From the NCBI GenBank assembly GCA_965261345.1, contig OZ253449.1:320001-384000 (forward strand): 64,000 bases of DNA, written 5' to 3'. The notes beneath the pieces were generated by a model that saw only the letters and a list, made by a program, of their open reading frames with translations, was not told the DNA's origin and ran no database searches. This document shows positions 47,407-57,608 of this stretch, piece after piece. Made by a program: the position numbers and the translations under genes. Numbering within the stretch: the stretch's first letter is position 1; the number at the start of each line of letters is the position of its first letter. This DNA comes from Chloroflexota bacterium (lineage in GTDB: Bacteria; Chloroflexota; UBA11872; VXNJ01).

Positions 47407-49311
47407 GTGAATACACCCCAATCACAGGTCCCGCTACTTGGCGATCGCCGCAGCCGGCGTCGGCTGCTGCTCGGATTGCTCGCCGGCGTCGGCGGCGCGG
47501 CGGTGGTTGGACGCCTCTGGCAATTGCAGATATTCGACCACGAAGGTCTTGCCCTACAAGCCGAGGCCAATCGTACCCGCATCGAGGAGGTTGCGCCCCT
47601 TCGCGGCGGAGTTTTCGACTCCACCGGTCGACAGCTGGCCGACAACGTCCCGGTATTTGACCTGTGGCTGGAAACCGAGCGAGCCGATATCGACACCTTC
47701 CCGGAACTGGCCTCCCTGGTTGGCGAATTGACCGAGCAGGACCCCGAACAGCTCTTTCGGACCATCGAGCGGGCGACCCTTAACCGACTCGGCCGCATTC
47801 AATTGGCCCGCGGCATTGAACGAATCGCCGCATTGACCGCCCGCGAGCAGTCTTTTCGCTTCCCTGGTCTGGAGCTGGGGGCGCGTTACCGTCGCCAGTA
47901 CTTCGATGGGCAGGAGATGGGGCAGCTGGTCGGATTCACCGGCCCGGTTCCGGCCGAGGCGCGTGAGAGATACCTTGAACGCGGCATCAACCTGTCAGAA
48001 GGCGTAGGGTTGGCCGGCATCGAAATGCATTTCCAGGATGAATTACGCGGCTTTAGCGGCCGGCGACTGCTCGAGGTCGGCGCCCTCAACCAGGACGTTA
48101 GGGAACTCCACTACACCGCCCCGATATCTGGCGCCAACGTGCACCTGTCAATTGACACCCAGTTCCAGCGCGGCGTAAACGACATCCTCGAGCGCTTCCT
48201 GGGCGAATCAGGCGCCGGAGTGGTGATCGTTCTCAACCCGGGCAATGGGGACATCCTAGCGATGGTCGATTACCCCACCTACGACAACTCGGCGTTCGCG
48301 TCCGGTATCTCCGATTCCGAATTCCAGGCCCTTGTCTCAGACCCCCGCAACCCGCTGATCAACCACGCCATCTCCGGTCTCTACCCGCCCGGTTCGACGT
48401 TCAAGGTCGTAGCTGCGACCGCCGCGCTTGAGGAGGGAGTGATCGATTCGACCACTCCATTTGAATGCGACGGCAACCTGATCCTCCCGTCCGGTTGGAT
48501 TTTTCACGACTGGCTGGCCACCGGGCACGGGACGGTCAACCTGCACCGGGCGATATCAGAATCGTGCAACGTGTTTTTCTACAAGATCTCCGGGGGCGAC
48601 CCTTACGCCGGATTCCTGGGGGTTCGCGATAAGGCGCTGGCCCGTTACGCCCGCGGTTACGGCTTCGGTCGACCAACCGGCATCGATCTTCCCCATGAAT
48701 CGGCCGGAGTGGTGCCCGACAGCACCTGGAAACAGGAAAATCTAAACGCCCCCTGGGTAACCGGCGACACCTACCAGGCGGCAATTGGGCAAGGATTCGT
48801 ACAGGTTAACCCCCTGCAACTGGTCAACATGTACTCGGCCATCGGCAACCGCGGGACCATCTACCGCCCTCGCCTGGTGACCCACCTTAGCAATCCGGAC
48901 GGCGCAACGATACGCCGGATCGACCCGGAAAAAATGGGGCGGATCCCGATCTCGCCCGAAAACCTGGAGCTCGTGCGTAGGGGCTTGGAGGACGCGGTCG
49001 ATGGCGTCAATGGAACCGGATTCCGCGCGCGCACCGATGTCGTGCGGTTTGCCGCCAAGACCGGGACCGCCGAATACTCGGGCCAGCGCGATACTCGCGG
49101 AAATCTGCCGGCCCACGCTTGGTTCGCCGGTTACGCCCCGCACGACCAACCGGAAATCGCGTTCGCGGTGCTAATCCGCGACGGCGGCGAAGGATCAAAC
49201 GCCGGCGCACTGGTTGCCCGCGACGTCCTTGAACTCTATTTCGGCGGGCAGGTTCCCCCGATGCGCTATCCGAAACTGGCCGAGCTGGCTATCCAGCGGG
49301 AATCGGCCTGA
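47407..49311 (+). CDS. mrdA: Penicillin-binding protein 2
   Basis: LWQLQI, APLRG..FD..G and active-site motifs GSTFK (SxxK), SCN (SxN) and KTGT. Confidence 0.95.
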   Translation: MNTPQSQVPLLGDRRSRRRLLLGLLAGVGGAAVVGRLWQLQIFDHEGLALQAEANRTRIEEVAPLRGGVFDSTGRQLADNVPVFDLWLETERADIDTFPELASLVGELTEQDPEQLFRTIERATLNRLGRIQLARGIERIAALTAREQSFRFPGLELGARYRRQYFDGQEMGQLVGFTGPVPAEARERYLERGINLSEGVGLAGIEMHFQDELRGFSGRRLLEVGALNQDVRELHYTAPISGANVHLSIDTQFQRGVNDILERFLGESGAGVVIVLNPGNGDILAMVDYPTYDNSAFASGISDSEFQALVSDPRNPLINHAISGLYPPGSTFKVVAATAALEEGVIDSTTPFECDGNLILPSGWIFHDWLATGHGTVNLHRAISESCNVFFYKISGGDPYAGFLGVRDKALARYARGYGFGRPTGIDLPHESAGVVPDSTWKQENLNAPWVTGDTYQAAIGQGFVQVNPLQLVNMYSAIGNRGTIYRPRLVTHLSNPDGATIRRIDPEKMGRIPISPENLELVRRGLEDAVDGVNGTGFRARTDVVRFAAKTGTAEYSGQRDTRGNLPAHAWFAGYAPHDQPEIAFAVLIRDGGEGSNAGALVARDVLELYFGGQVPPMRYPKLAELAIQRESA

Positions 49312-49314
49312 GCC

Positions 49315-50514
49315 GTGGATAAACTGACCGCCGCATTGACCACGATCGAGCGTCGCGATGTCGTACTGATGCTGGCGGTCTTTGGCCTGGTGGGGGCTTC
49401 GCTGGCCACCCTCGCGTTCCTGGGCGAACCGATAAGCGCCGGGTTTTCCTCCCAGCTGCTGCGGCAGGGCCTCGCGGTCGGGGTCGGCTTGGCCTTCTAC
49501 GTCATTCTCGCGCGGCTAAATTACCGGATGTGGTCGAATCTTGCTTGGGCCACATACGGGTTGGCCCTGGTGTTGCTGCTGGCGGTGCTGATTTTCGGCG
49601 TCGAGCGCGGTGGCTCGCAGCGCTGGTTCCTCCTGGGCGCATTTCAATTCCAACCTTCCGAATTCGTCAAGATCGCACTGATCGTGGTATTGGCCCGCTA
49701 CTATTCGCGGACCGCAGCGGCAACTGGCACTCTGCATGGCCACCTGCTCGGTGGGCTCATCACCCTGCCGCTAGTGCTTCTGGTGTTGCGCCAACCCGAC
49801 CTGGGGACCGCCTTGCTGTTCGTTGCGATCTGGCAGGGTATCGCGCTGGCCGCCGGGGTCGCGTGGCGGCACGTGGTCATACCCCCGCTGCTGGCGATCG
49901 TGGGCTCGCCACTGATTTGGTTGGCCATGCAGCCTTACATGCGCGAACGGATCTTGGCATTTTTTGATCCCAGTTTCGATCCGCTGGGGTCGGGTTACAA
50001 CGTCCTGCAGGCACGGATCGCGATCGGTTCGGGCGGCCTGTGGGGGCGTGGCCTATCGGAGTCCTCGCAGACCGTGCTGGAATTCCTGCGGGTCCGCGAG
50101 ACCGACTTCATCTTTGCGGTAGTGGCCGAGCAGGCGGGCCTGATGGGGGCGTTGATCATAATGGCGCTGTTTGCCGCGTTGGTCGGCTATTGCCTGGTCG
50201 TGGCGCTGACCGCCAATGAGGAGTTCGGCGGCCTGGTCGCAACCGGGGTCATGCTTGTATTCATGTTGCAGGTAATCGTTAACGTCGGCATGAACGTGGG
50301 TATCGTCCCGGTGACCGGCCTCACACTGCCGCTGGTTAGCGCCGGCGGCAGCTCGGCGTTAGCGATGCTCTCCGCGCTGGGAATCGTCACCAGCATTTCG
50401 CAGCGCCGCAAGCCCTTTTCGGCCGTTCCGGAATTGGCGTTGGGCGAGGGGCAGTTAGATAGCCGCGGCGGCGGGGTACCAGAATTTGCGCGATCGGGTC
50501 ACCGTGCCCTCTAG
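49315..50514 (+). CDS. rodA: SEDS peptidoglycan glycosyltransferase RodA
   Basis: SQRW...FQPSEFVK, QPDLGT, GYNVLQ..IAIGSGG, TDFIF and PVTGLTLPLVSAGGS motifs. Confidence 0.95.
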   Translation: MDKLTAALTTIERRDVVLMLAVFGLVGASLATLAFLGEPISAGFSSQLLRQGLAVGVGLAFYVILARLNYRMWSNLAWATYGLALVLLLAVLIFGVERGGSQRWFLLGAFQFQPSEFVKIALIVVLARYYSRTAAATGTLHGHLLGGLITLPLVLLVLRQPDLGTALLFVAIWQGIALAAGVAWRHVVIPPLLAIVGSPLIWLAMQPYMRERILAFFDPSFDPLGSGYNVLQARIAIGSGGLWGRGLSESSQTVLEFLRVRETDFIFAVVAEQAGLMGALIIMALFAALVGYCLVVALTANEEFGGLVATGVMLVFMLQVIVNVGMNVGIVPVTGLTLPLVSAGGSSALAMLSALGIVTSISQRRKPFSAVPELALGEGQLDSRGGGVPEFARSGHRAL

Positions 50515-51445
50515 GGTGACCATCGCGGTCCCGGCCACATCGGCCAACCTGGGTCCCGGATTTGACACGTTCGGCGTCGCCCTAGACCTGCACGACCGAT
50601 ACCAGTTTGCCGAAGCGGAAGCGGTCGAGGTTTCCGCTGAGGGCATCGGGGCCGAGTTGGTTCCGCTGGACGAGACCAATCTAGCGATAACCGCCGCCCG
50701 ACAGTTGTGCGCCCGCGCCGGCGTAGATTTTTCGCACCTGCAGCTGCACGAACAACTGGCCATACCGATCCAACGTGGACTGGGATCATCGGCGGGAGCC
50801 ATTTGCGCCGGACTGCTGGCGGCCAATCTGCAGATGCCGGAACCGGTATCGATCGGCGAACTAATTGAGGTTGCAGTCGACCTGGAGGGCCATCCCGACA
50901 ATGTCGTGCCCGCCTTGCTAGGCGGATTCTGCATTGTGCTTGACACCGGCCCGCGACCGCAATGGCTGCGGCTACCGGTCCCGGCCGACCTGGTTTTCGC
51001 GATTGCCTCGCCTCAGATGCAGATCCCGACCGCCGCCGCGCGACGCATGTTGCCGCGGCGTGTTCCGTTGGCCGACGCGGTTTTCAACGTCGGACGCGCA
51101 GCCATGCTGGTGGCAGCCATAACCCAGGGCGATTACCAGATGCTAGGGGTAGCGATGGAAGACCGCCTGCATCAGCCCTACCGCTCCCAGCTGCACCCGG
51201 TAATGGACCAGATGATCGCCGCCGCGTTGGCCACCGGCGCCTACGGGGCGGCCCTTTCGGGGTCGGGTTCGACCATCATCGCCATCCACCCGGCGGGCAA
51301 TGATTCGGTAGCCCTCGCGATGCGTGCGGTCTGCGAGGCCGCCGGGGTCGCCTGTTTGGCGCGCTCGGTGGCCGCCGCCGGGGAGGGCGCCAGACAGCTG
51401 GAGGCCGAGCATCCGGCCGCCGATGCCCCGGCCGGGGACGCCTGA
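50504..51445 (+). CDS. thrB: Homoserine kinase
   Basis: PATSANLGPGFD, RGLGSSA, EGHPDNV, DRLHQPYR and LSGSGST motifs. Confidence 0.95.
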   Translation: MPSRVTIAVPATSANLGPGFDTFGVALDLHDRYQFAEAEAVEVSAEGIGAELVPLDETNLAITAARQLCARAGVDFSHLQLHEQLAIPIQRGLGSSAGAICAGLLAANLQMPEPVSIGELIEVAVDLEGHPDNVVPALLGGFCIVLDTGPRPQWLRLPVPADLVFAIASPQMQIPTAAARRMLPRRVPLADAVFNVGRAAMLVAAITQGDYQMLGVAMEDRLHQPYRSQLHPVMDQMIAAALATGAYGAALSGSGSTIIAIHPAGNDSVALAMRAVCEAAGVACLARSVAAAGEGARQLEAEHPAADAPAGDA

Positions 51446-51596
51446 CGGCCTATACTTGCGGGCCGGCCGATCGGCCGCCAGCTACCTTCCTTTGTGCCCC
51501 AAGGCCCGGAGCCAAGCTGATCACTACTAGATATGGTGTTCCGGCGCCTCGAATCCGCCAGGACCGGCGGGCCGCGGCCGCCGCCCGCGGCAGGTC

Positions 51597-53135
51597 ATGA
51601 GCCAACCGCCCGAAACCGTGGTGGTGCTTGACTACGGCTCGCAATACACGCCGCTGATCGCGCGCCGCATCCGCGAAGCCGAGGTCTACAGCGAAATCCT
51701 GCCGGCCAGCGCCAGTCTGGCCAATATCCATGAATGCGGTCCGGTGGGCATCGTGCTATCGGGTTCGGACTGGTCGGTATATGCGGACGGCGCGCCGCAG
51801 CTGCCCGCCGGGTTGCTCGAATGCGGCCTGCCGGTGCTGGGAATCTGCTACGGCCAGCAGTTGATCGCCCAACAGCTGGGCGGGGCGGTCGCTTCGTCAC
51901 CACGCAAGGAGTACGGCCCGGCCCTGCTCACGATCACCGACCCGCAGCATCCGTTGTTTGCCGATTTTCCTGAAAGCACCAGGGTTTGGATGAGTCACGG
52001 CGACCGGATAATACTTCCACCACCCGGGTTCGAGCAGCTAGCCCGCACCGAAAATTCGGAATGGGCGGCGCTTTCTAACGGCAACCTGACGCTGCTGCAA
52101 TTTCACCCCGAGGTTTCCCACACACAGCTGGGGCATGCCATCCTGCGGAACTTTGCCCTCAACGTCTGCCACGCCGGCGCCCGTTGGACGCCGGCGGCGT
52201 TTGTCGACCGGACGGTGGAGGAAATCGCAGCCCAGGTCGGCCGTGGAAGGGTAATTTGCGGAATCTCCGGCGGGGTTGATTCGGCGGTGGCGGCAGCCCT
52301 GACCCAGCGCGCGGTGGGCGACGCCCTGACCGGTATATTCGTCGATACGGGACTGCTTCGATTGGGCGAAATCGCCGCCGTCGAGGCGGCCCTCGCAAAT
52401 CACCTGGGAATCTCGCTGATAACCGTTGACGCCGGCGACCGCTTTTTGCAAAAGCTCGCCGGGGTCGTCGACCCTGAGACAAAGCGGGAGATCATCGGCG
52501 ACGAATTCTTTGCGGTGTTTACCGAGCAGGCCGGCCTGCTCGGCGACGCCGAACACTTTGTGCAGGGCACGATTTATCCGGACGTGATCGAAAGTGCGGC
52601 GGCCGGACTGGGATCGGCGAAGATAAAAACCCACCACAATACGCGGATCCCAGAAACCCTGAACCTAAAGGTCATCGAGCCGCTGCGTCGACTTTTCAAA
52701 GACGAGGTCCGGGCGGTCGGGCTCGAGCTCGGCCTGCCGGCCGAATTGGTCTGGCGACAACCGTTTCCCGGCCCCGGGCTGGCGGTCAGAATCATCGGCG
52801 CCATCGAGGCGGATCGCGTCAACGCGCTGCAACTGGCCGACAACATATGGTGCGAAGAAATTGCCGCCGAAGGCCTGGACCGCGCGGTCGCCCAGTACTT
52901 TGCGGTGCTCACCGGGGTGCGTACGGTCGGAGTCATGGGTGATTCGCGTAGCTACGGCGAACTGGTCGCCCTGCGGGCGGTCGATAGCGACGACTTTATG
53001 ACCGCCGATTGGTCGCGCCTTCCTGACGAACTGCTCGAACAGGCCTCGACCCGGATCGTCAACGAGGTGCCAGGGATCACCCGCGTGGTCTACGACATCA
53101 CCTCCAAACCGCCAGGGACGATCGAGTGGGAATGA
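51597..53135 (+). CDS. guaA: GMP synthase (glutamine-hydrolyzing)
   Basis: LDYGSQY, GICYG, MSHGD, QFHPE, SGGVDS, QPFPGPGL and KPPGTIEWE motifs. Confidence 0.97.
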   Translation: MSQPPETVVVLDYGSQYTPLIARRIREAEVYSEILPASASLANIHECGPVGIVLSGSDWSVYADGAPQLPAGLLECGLPVLGICYGQQLIAQQLGGAVASSPRKEYGPALLTITDPQHPLFADFPESTRVWMSHGDRIILPPPGFEQLARTENSEWAALSNGNLTLLQFHPEVSHTQLGHAILRNFALNVCHAGARWTPAAFVDRTVEEIAAQVGRGRVICGISGGVDSAVAAALTQRAVGDALTGIFVDTGLLRLGEIAAVEAALANHLGISLITVDAGDRFLQKLAGVVDPETKREIIGDEFFAVFTEQAGLLGDAEHFVQGTIYPDVIESAAAGLGSAKIKTHHNTRIPETLNLKVIEPLRRLFKDEVRAVGLELGLPAELVWRQPFPGPGLAVRIIGAIEADRVNALQLADNIWCEEIAAEGLDRAVAQYFAVLTGVRTVGVMGDSRSYGELVALRAVDSDDFMTADWSRLPDELLEQASTRIVNEVPGITRVVYDITSKPPGTIEWE

Positions 53136-54418
53136 GGATCCTGGTGCTGGGTGGTGGTGGGCGCGAACACGCCCTGGTTGAGCGGCTGGCCGGCGAAGGC
53201 GGGCAGATCTACTGCGCCCCCGGCAACCCCGGCACCGCGACGTTGGCCCAATCAGTGGCGATCGATCCCGGATCGGCGGCGGAAGTAGCGACCTGGTCCC
53301 AGCGCAACGGGATCGAACTGGTGGTCTGCGGACCGGAAGGACCGCTGGCGGCTGGCGTCGGCGATACCCTGCGCGAAAACGGAACAGCCTTCCTGGGTCC
53401 GTCGAGGGCGCCCGCCCGCCTGGAAACCTCCAAAATATTTGCCAAGGAATTCATGCAACGGGAGGGCATCGCCACCGCCCGCGGAAGCGCTTTTGGTCGG
53501 ATCGGCCCTGCGCTGGCCCATCTGCAGGACTGCGCCTTTCCGGTGGTGATCAAGGCCGACGGCCTCGCCGCCGGAAAGGGCGTAACGATTGCCCGCAACA
53601 TTGGTGAAGCCGAAGCGGCGGTTTCGGCGGCGCTGGTCGACAGGGCCTTCGGCGCCGCCGGGGCGCGTGTGTTAGTTGAGGAATTCCTGCCCGGCCGCGA
53701 GCTTTCGGCCTTTTGCCTCACCGACGGCCGGGATCTGGTTATGCTGCCGTTTGCGCGCGATTACAAACGGGCCCACGACGGCGATCGGGGGCCCAACACC
53801 GGTTCGATGGGCAGCTGCGCCGGGCCATTGGGGCCGGGTCATCGGCGGTTGGCAGCACGGATCGAAACCGAAGTCTTCACCCCGGCGATCACCGCCCTGG
53901 CGCGTGCCGGAACTCCCTACGTAGGGTTTTTGTACGCCGGCCTGGTTCTAACCGAGCAGGGGCCCAAGGTGCTCGAATTCAACGCCCGCCTGGGCGACCC
54001 CGAGGCGCAGACCATCCTGCGCCTAATAACCGGCGAATTTGCCAGGGCCTGCCAGTTGGCCGCGACCGGACACCTGGCGGACGCGGTCATCGGCCAGCGC
54101 GGCGGATATTCGGTCTGCGTTGCGGTCGCCTCCGGCGGTTATCCAGGCGCCTATCGGACCGGCCACCCAATTTCGATCGACGATGCCCGCCTGGCTGCCA
54201 GCCGGGCATCGCTCTTTCACGCCGGAACCGCCTGTCGGGCGGGGCAGCTGGTGAGCGCGGGCGGGCGAGTGTTCTCGGTGGTCGCCGATGGCGATACCCT
54301 GGCCGACGCGCGTGAGCGCACCTACGCCGGGTTATCAGCGATAAGTTTTGCCAGGATGGAGTTTCGCAGTGACATCGCCGCCGAAGCGCTGGACCTTCCG
54401 GACCAACCCCGGGGATAA
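53132..54418 (+). CDS. purD: Phosphoribosylamine-glycine ligase
   Basis: GGGGREHAL, APGNPG, KADGLAAGKGV, DYKR..DGD.GPNTG and EFNARLGDPE motifs. Confidence 0.96.
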   Translation: MRILVLGGGGREHALVERLAGEGGQIYCAPGNPGTATLAQSVAIDPGSAAEVATWSQRNGIELVVCGPEGPLAAGVGDTLRENGTAFLGPSRAPARLETSKIFAKEFMQREGIATARGSAFGRIGPALAHLQDCAFPVVIKADGLAAGKGVTIARNIGEAEAAVSAALVDRAFGAAGARVLVEEFLPGRELSAFCLTDGRDLVMLPFARDYKRAHDGDRGPNTGSMGSCAGPLGPGHRRLAARIETEVFTPAITALARAGTPYVGFLYAGLVLTEQGPKVLEFNARLGDPEAQTILRLITGEFARACQLAATGHLADAVIGQRGGYSVCVAVASGGYPGAYRTGHPISIDDARLAASRASLFHAGTACRAGQLVSAGGRVFSVVADGDTLADARERTYAGLSAISFARMEFRSDIAAEALDLPDQPRG

Positions 54419-54424
54419 GCCGAC

Positions 54425-55759
54425 ATGATCCCTCGTTACACCCGCCCCGAGATGGCAGCGATCTGGAACCGGCAAGCCTACTTCGAGTACCAGCTGCAGG
54501 TTGAGCTCGCAGTCGTTGCGGCCTGGGCGACGATCGGACGGATACCGCCGGCCGATGCCGGCCTAATCGCTAACGCCAGTTTCACGCTTGCCCGCATCGA
54601 CGAACTTGAGCGGGTCGCCGACCACGAAACCAACGCTTTTGTTACCGCCCTCGCCGAAAGCCTGGGCCCTGAATCGCGCTGGCTGCACCTGGGGCTGACC
54701 TCGTCGGACGTGCTCGATACCGCCCAGGGCCTGCAGATGCGCGCCACGCTAGATCAGATCCTTAGGCGTCTGGACTCGGTTCTGGAACCGTTGACCGCAC
54801 TGGCGCTAGAGCACCGCAGCACACCGATGATCGGGCGCTCGCACGGAATGCACGCTGAACCGATCAGTTTCGGATTCAAGCTCGCCAATTGGATTGCCGA
54901 ATTGGGCCGCAACCGAGTGCGGTTGGAGGCGGCGCGCGCAACCGTCGCCGTCGGCAAGATCGCCGGTTCGGTGGGAACCCACGCCAATATCCCGCCGATG
55001 GTGGAGGAATTGACCTGCAAGGCGCTGGGGCTTTCCGCCGCCGCGGTTGCAACCCAAATCCTCTCCCGCGACCGCCATGCGGAAATGCTCTCGGCCCTGG
55101 CGGTAACGGCCAGTTCGCTAGACAAGTTCGCAACCGAGATCCGGCTCCTTCAGCGCAGCGAGGTAGCCGAGGTGGAAGAGCCGTTCGAGCAATCCCGGCA
55201 CGGCTCCTCGTCGATGCCGCACAAGCGTAATCCGGCCCGTTCGGAAAGGATTTCGGGGCTGGCCCGGGTGGTACGCTCTAACGCCCAGGCTGGATTTGAA
55301 AATGTGGCCCTCTGGCATGAACGCGACATATCCCACAGCTCGGCCGAACGAGTGATCGTGGCCGATTCGACCACCCTGCTCGATTACATGCTCTATCTGT
55401 TCGGCACGATCATCAAGGACTTGGCGGTCTATCCTGCGCAGATGCTCAAAAACCTCGAACTAAGCCGCGGCCAGATCTATTCGCAGGGGGTGATGCTGGC
55501 GCTTGTCGAAGCCGGGGTCAATCGCCAGGAAGCCTATGAAATCGTGCGCGAAATGTGCCATCGAGCGGCCAGCGAGGGCAAGCACCTGCGCGATCTGGCG
55601 GGCCACCACGCAACGATTGGCAAATACCTCGACGGCGCAGCTGTCGCCGCGTTGTTTGACCACCGGAGCCACCTAAAACATGTCGATACCGCGTTCCAGA
55701 GGCTGGGATTGATCTCGGCCGACGGGGCACTACCCAAATCAGTGAAAGTGGACGGATGA
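54425..55759 (+). CDS. purB: Adenylosuccinate lyase
   Basis: MIPRY, HLGLTSSD, GRSHG.HAEP, SSSMPHKRNP and WHERDISHSS motifs. Confidence 0.97.
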   Translation: MIPRYTRPEMAAIWNRQAYFEYQLQVELAVVAAWATIGRIPPADAGLIANASFTLARIDELERVADHETNAFVTALAESLGPESRWLHLGLTSSDVLDTAQGLQMRATLDQILRRLDSVLEPLTALALEHRSTPMIGRSHGMHAEPISFGFKLANWIAELGRNRVRLEAARATVAVGKIAGSVGTHANIPPMVEELTCKALGLSAAAVATQILSRDRHAEMLSALAVTASSLDKFATEIRLLQRSEVAEVEEPFEQSRHGSSSMPHKRNPARSERISGLARVVRSNAQAGFENVALWHERDISHSSAERVIVADSTTLLDYMLYLFGTIIKDLAVYPAQMLKNLELSRGQIYSQGVMLALVEAGVNRQEAYEIVREMCHRAASEGKHLRDLAGHHATIGKYLDGAAVAALFDHRSHLKHVDTAFQRLGLISADGALPKSVKVDG

Positions 55760-56664
55760 CAAATACCGCGCACAGCGATTCGAAGCCGCCGGGTCTGGAG
55801 CTGCTCACGCAGGGCAAGGTTCGCGACATCTACGCCGTTTCAGATCGCGAACTACTGCTCGTTACCAGCGACCGCATATCGGCCTTCGACGTGGTTCTGC
55901 CCGAGGCGATCCCGGGCAAAGGGGCGGTGCTCAACCAATTGGCGGCCTATTGGTTGGAACGGACCCGGCACATCATCGACAACCACCTGCTGGAAACCGA
56001 TGTGGCGGCGATGGGGCTGCCGCCCGGCTGCAACCTGTCGGCGCTGGCTGGGCGCTCGATGCTGGTCCGGCGCACCCGGCCGATATTGGTCGAATGCGTC
56101 GCCCGTGGCTACATAACCGGATCGGCGTGGAAGGAATACCTGGCCTCGGGGACGGTCTGCGGCCTCGCCCTGCCGCCCGGGATGGCTGAAGCGCAGAAAC
56201 TGCCGCAGCCGATTTTTACGCCTGCCACCAAGGCCCAGACCGGGCATGACGAGAACATATCGTTTGAACAGATGGAGTCGCTGGTCGGAGCGGAACTGGC
56301 CGCCAGGCTGCGCGCCACGACGCTGGCGCTCTATGAATTCGGGCACGATCACGCGGCCGCGCGCGGGATCATCCTGGCCGACACCAAGTTCGAATTCGGC
56401 CTATTTGATGGCCAACTGCTGCTCATCGACGAGGTGCTAACTCCCGATTCGTCGCGATTCTGGGACGCCGGCGAATACGCGGTCGGCTCCTCGCCCCCAA
56501 GTTACGACAAGCAATTCGTGCGCGACTGGCTGGTTGCGGCTGGCTGGGACCAGAACCCGCCCGCGCCACCGCTGCCCGCCGATATCATCGCCGCCACAGC
56601 CGAGAAGTACGCGCAGGCGCTCTCGCTGATTGCCGCGCCGGGACCGACATGCCCAAGTACCTAG
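55756..56664 (+). CDS. purC: SAICAR synthetase
   Basis: GKVRDIY, SDRISAFD, ADTKFEFG and DEVLTPDSSRFW motifs. Confidence 0.97.
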   Translation: MTNTAHSDSKPPGLELLTQGKVRDIYAVSDRELLLVTSDRISAFDVVLPEAIPGKGAVLNQLAAYWLERTRHIIDNHLLETDVAAMGLPPGCNLSALAGRSMLVRRTRPILVECVARGYITGSAWKEYLASGTVCGLALPPGMAEAQKLPQPIFTPATKAQTGHDENISFEQMESLVGAELAARLRATTLALYEFGHDHAAARGIILADTKFEFGLFDGQLLLIDEVLTPDSSRFWDAGEYAVGSSPPSYDKQFVRDWLVAAGWDQNPPAPPLPADIIAATAEKYAQALSLIAAPGPTCPST

Positions 56665-56903
56665 CCAGGATCGATGTCCGCCTGCAGGCGGATGTAAACG
56701 ACCCGCCCGGCAACACCGTCGCCGAGGCGCTCCGGCAGCTGGGCTTTGGCGGGGTTGGCAATGTCCGGATCGGCAAGCTGATCGAGGTCGAACTGGAGGC
56801 TGCTGATCGCGCTGCGGCCGAAGCCGTGGCCGCCGCTATGGCCGAGCGCCTGCTGGCCAATCCGGTAATTGAGGATCACGCAATCGCCATCCGGCCGGCC
56901 TAG
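56649..56903 (+). CDS. purS: FGAM synthase subunit PurS
   Basis: DPPG.TV, VRIGK and LLANPVIE motifs. Confidence 0.93.
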   Translation: MPKYLARIDVRLQADVNDPPGNTVAEALRQLGFGGVGNVRIGKLIEVELEAADRAAAEAVAAAMAERLLANPVIEDHAIAIRPA

Positions 56904-56906
56904 CTC

Positions 56907-57608
56907 ATGAAAGCGGCGGTTCTGGTTTTTCCCGGTTCCAATTGTGACCGCGATGCCCGCCGTGCCATCGCCGCCTCCGGGCGCTTTGCCGCCGATCTGG
57001 TATCTCACCGGCAAAGCGATCTGAGTGGCTACGACCTGGTCGTCCTCCCTGGGGGATTTGCTCATGGCGATTACCTGCGAGCGGGGTCGATCGCCCGATT
57101 TTCGCCCTGCATGCGCGCGGTCGCCGAGGCTGCGAGCGCCGGAGTGCCGGTCCTGGGGATCTGCAACGGATTCCAGATCTTGCTGGAATCCGGTCTCCTG
57201 CCGGGGGCGATGTTGACCAACATCAACACCCACTTCCGTCACTCCTGGATAAACGTTTCCTGTCCCAACCCGGCGACCGCGTTCAGCCAGGCTATCGCCC
57301 CGGACCGCGTGCTGCGGCTCATCATCGCCCACGGCCAGGGCAACTATTTTGCCGATTCCGAACTACTCGCCCGGCTGGAAGGCGAGGGCCAGATCGTTTT
57401 CCGATACTGCGCCCCCGACGGGCGAGCGGACGCACAATCTAATCCCAACGGGTCGCTTAACAACATCGCCGGAGTCTGCAACCGGACACGCAATGTGGTA
57501 GGGCTAATGCCCCATCCGGAGCGGGCCAGTGACGTGGCGTTGGGGTCAGATGACGGGATTTCGATCTGGCAGTCGGCGGCCGAATGGCTGGTCCGGGGGA
57601 ATTCTTGA
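56907..57608 (+). CDS. purQ: FGAM synthase glutaminase subunit PurQ
   Basis: FPGSNCD, PGGFAHGDYLR, GICNGFQIL and MPHPER motifs. Confidence 0.96.
   Translation: MKAAVLVFPGSNCDRDARRAIAASGRFAADLVSHRQSDLSGYDLVVLPGGFAHGDYLRAGSIARFSPCMRAVAEAASAGVPVLGICNGFQILLESGLLPGAMLTNINTHFRHSWINVSCPNPATAFSQAIAPDRVLRLIIAHGQGNYFADSELLARLEGEGQIVFRYCAPDGRADAQSNPNGSLNNIAGVCNRTRNVVGLMPHPERASDVALGSDDGISIWQSAAEWLVRGNS

Noticed and set aside
51446-51596. Purine riboswitch upstream of guaA (gatatgg present)
   Set aside because: It lacks the TTTCTACC and CCGTAAA core elements and the P2/P3 stems.
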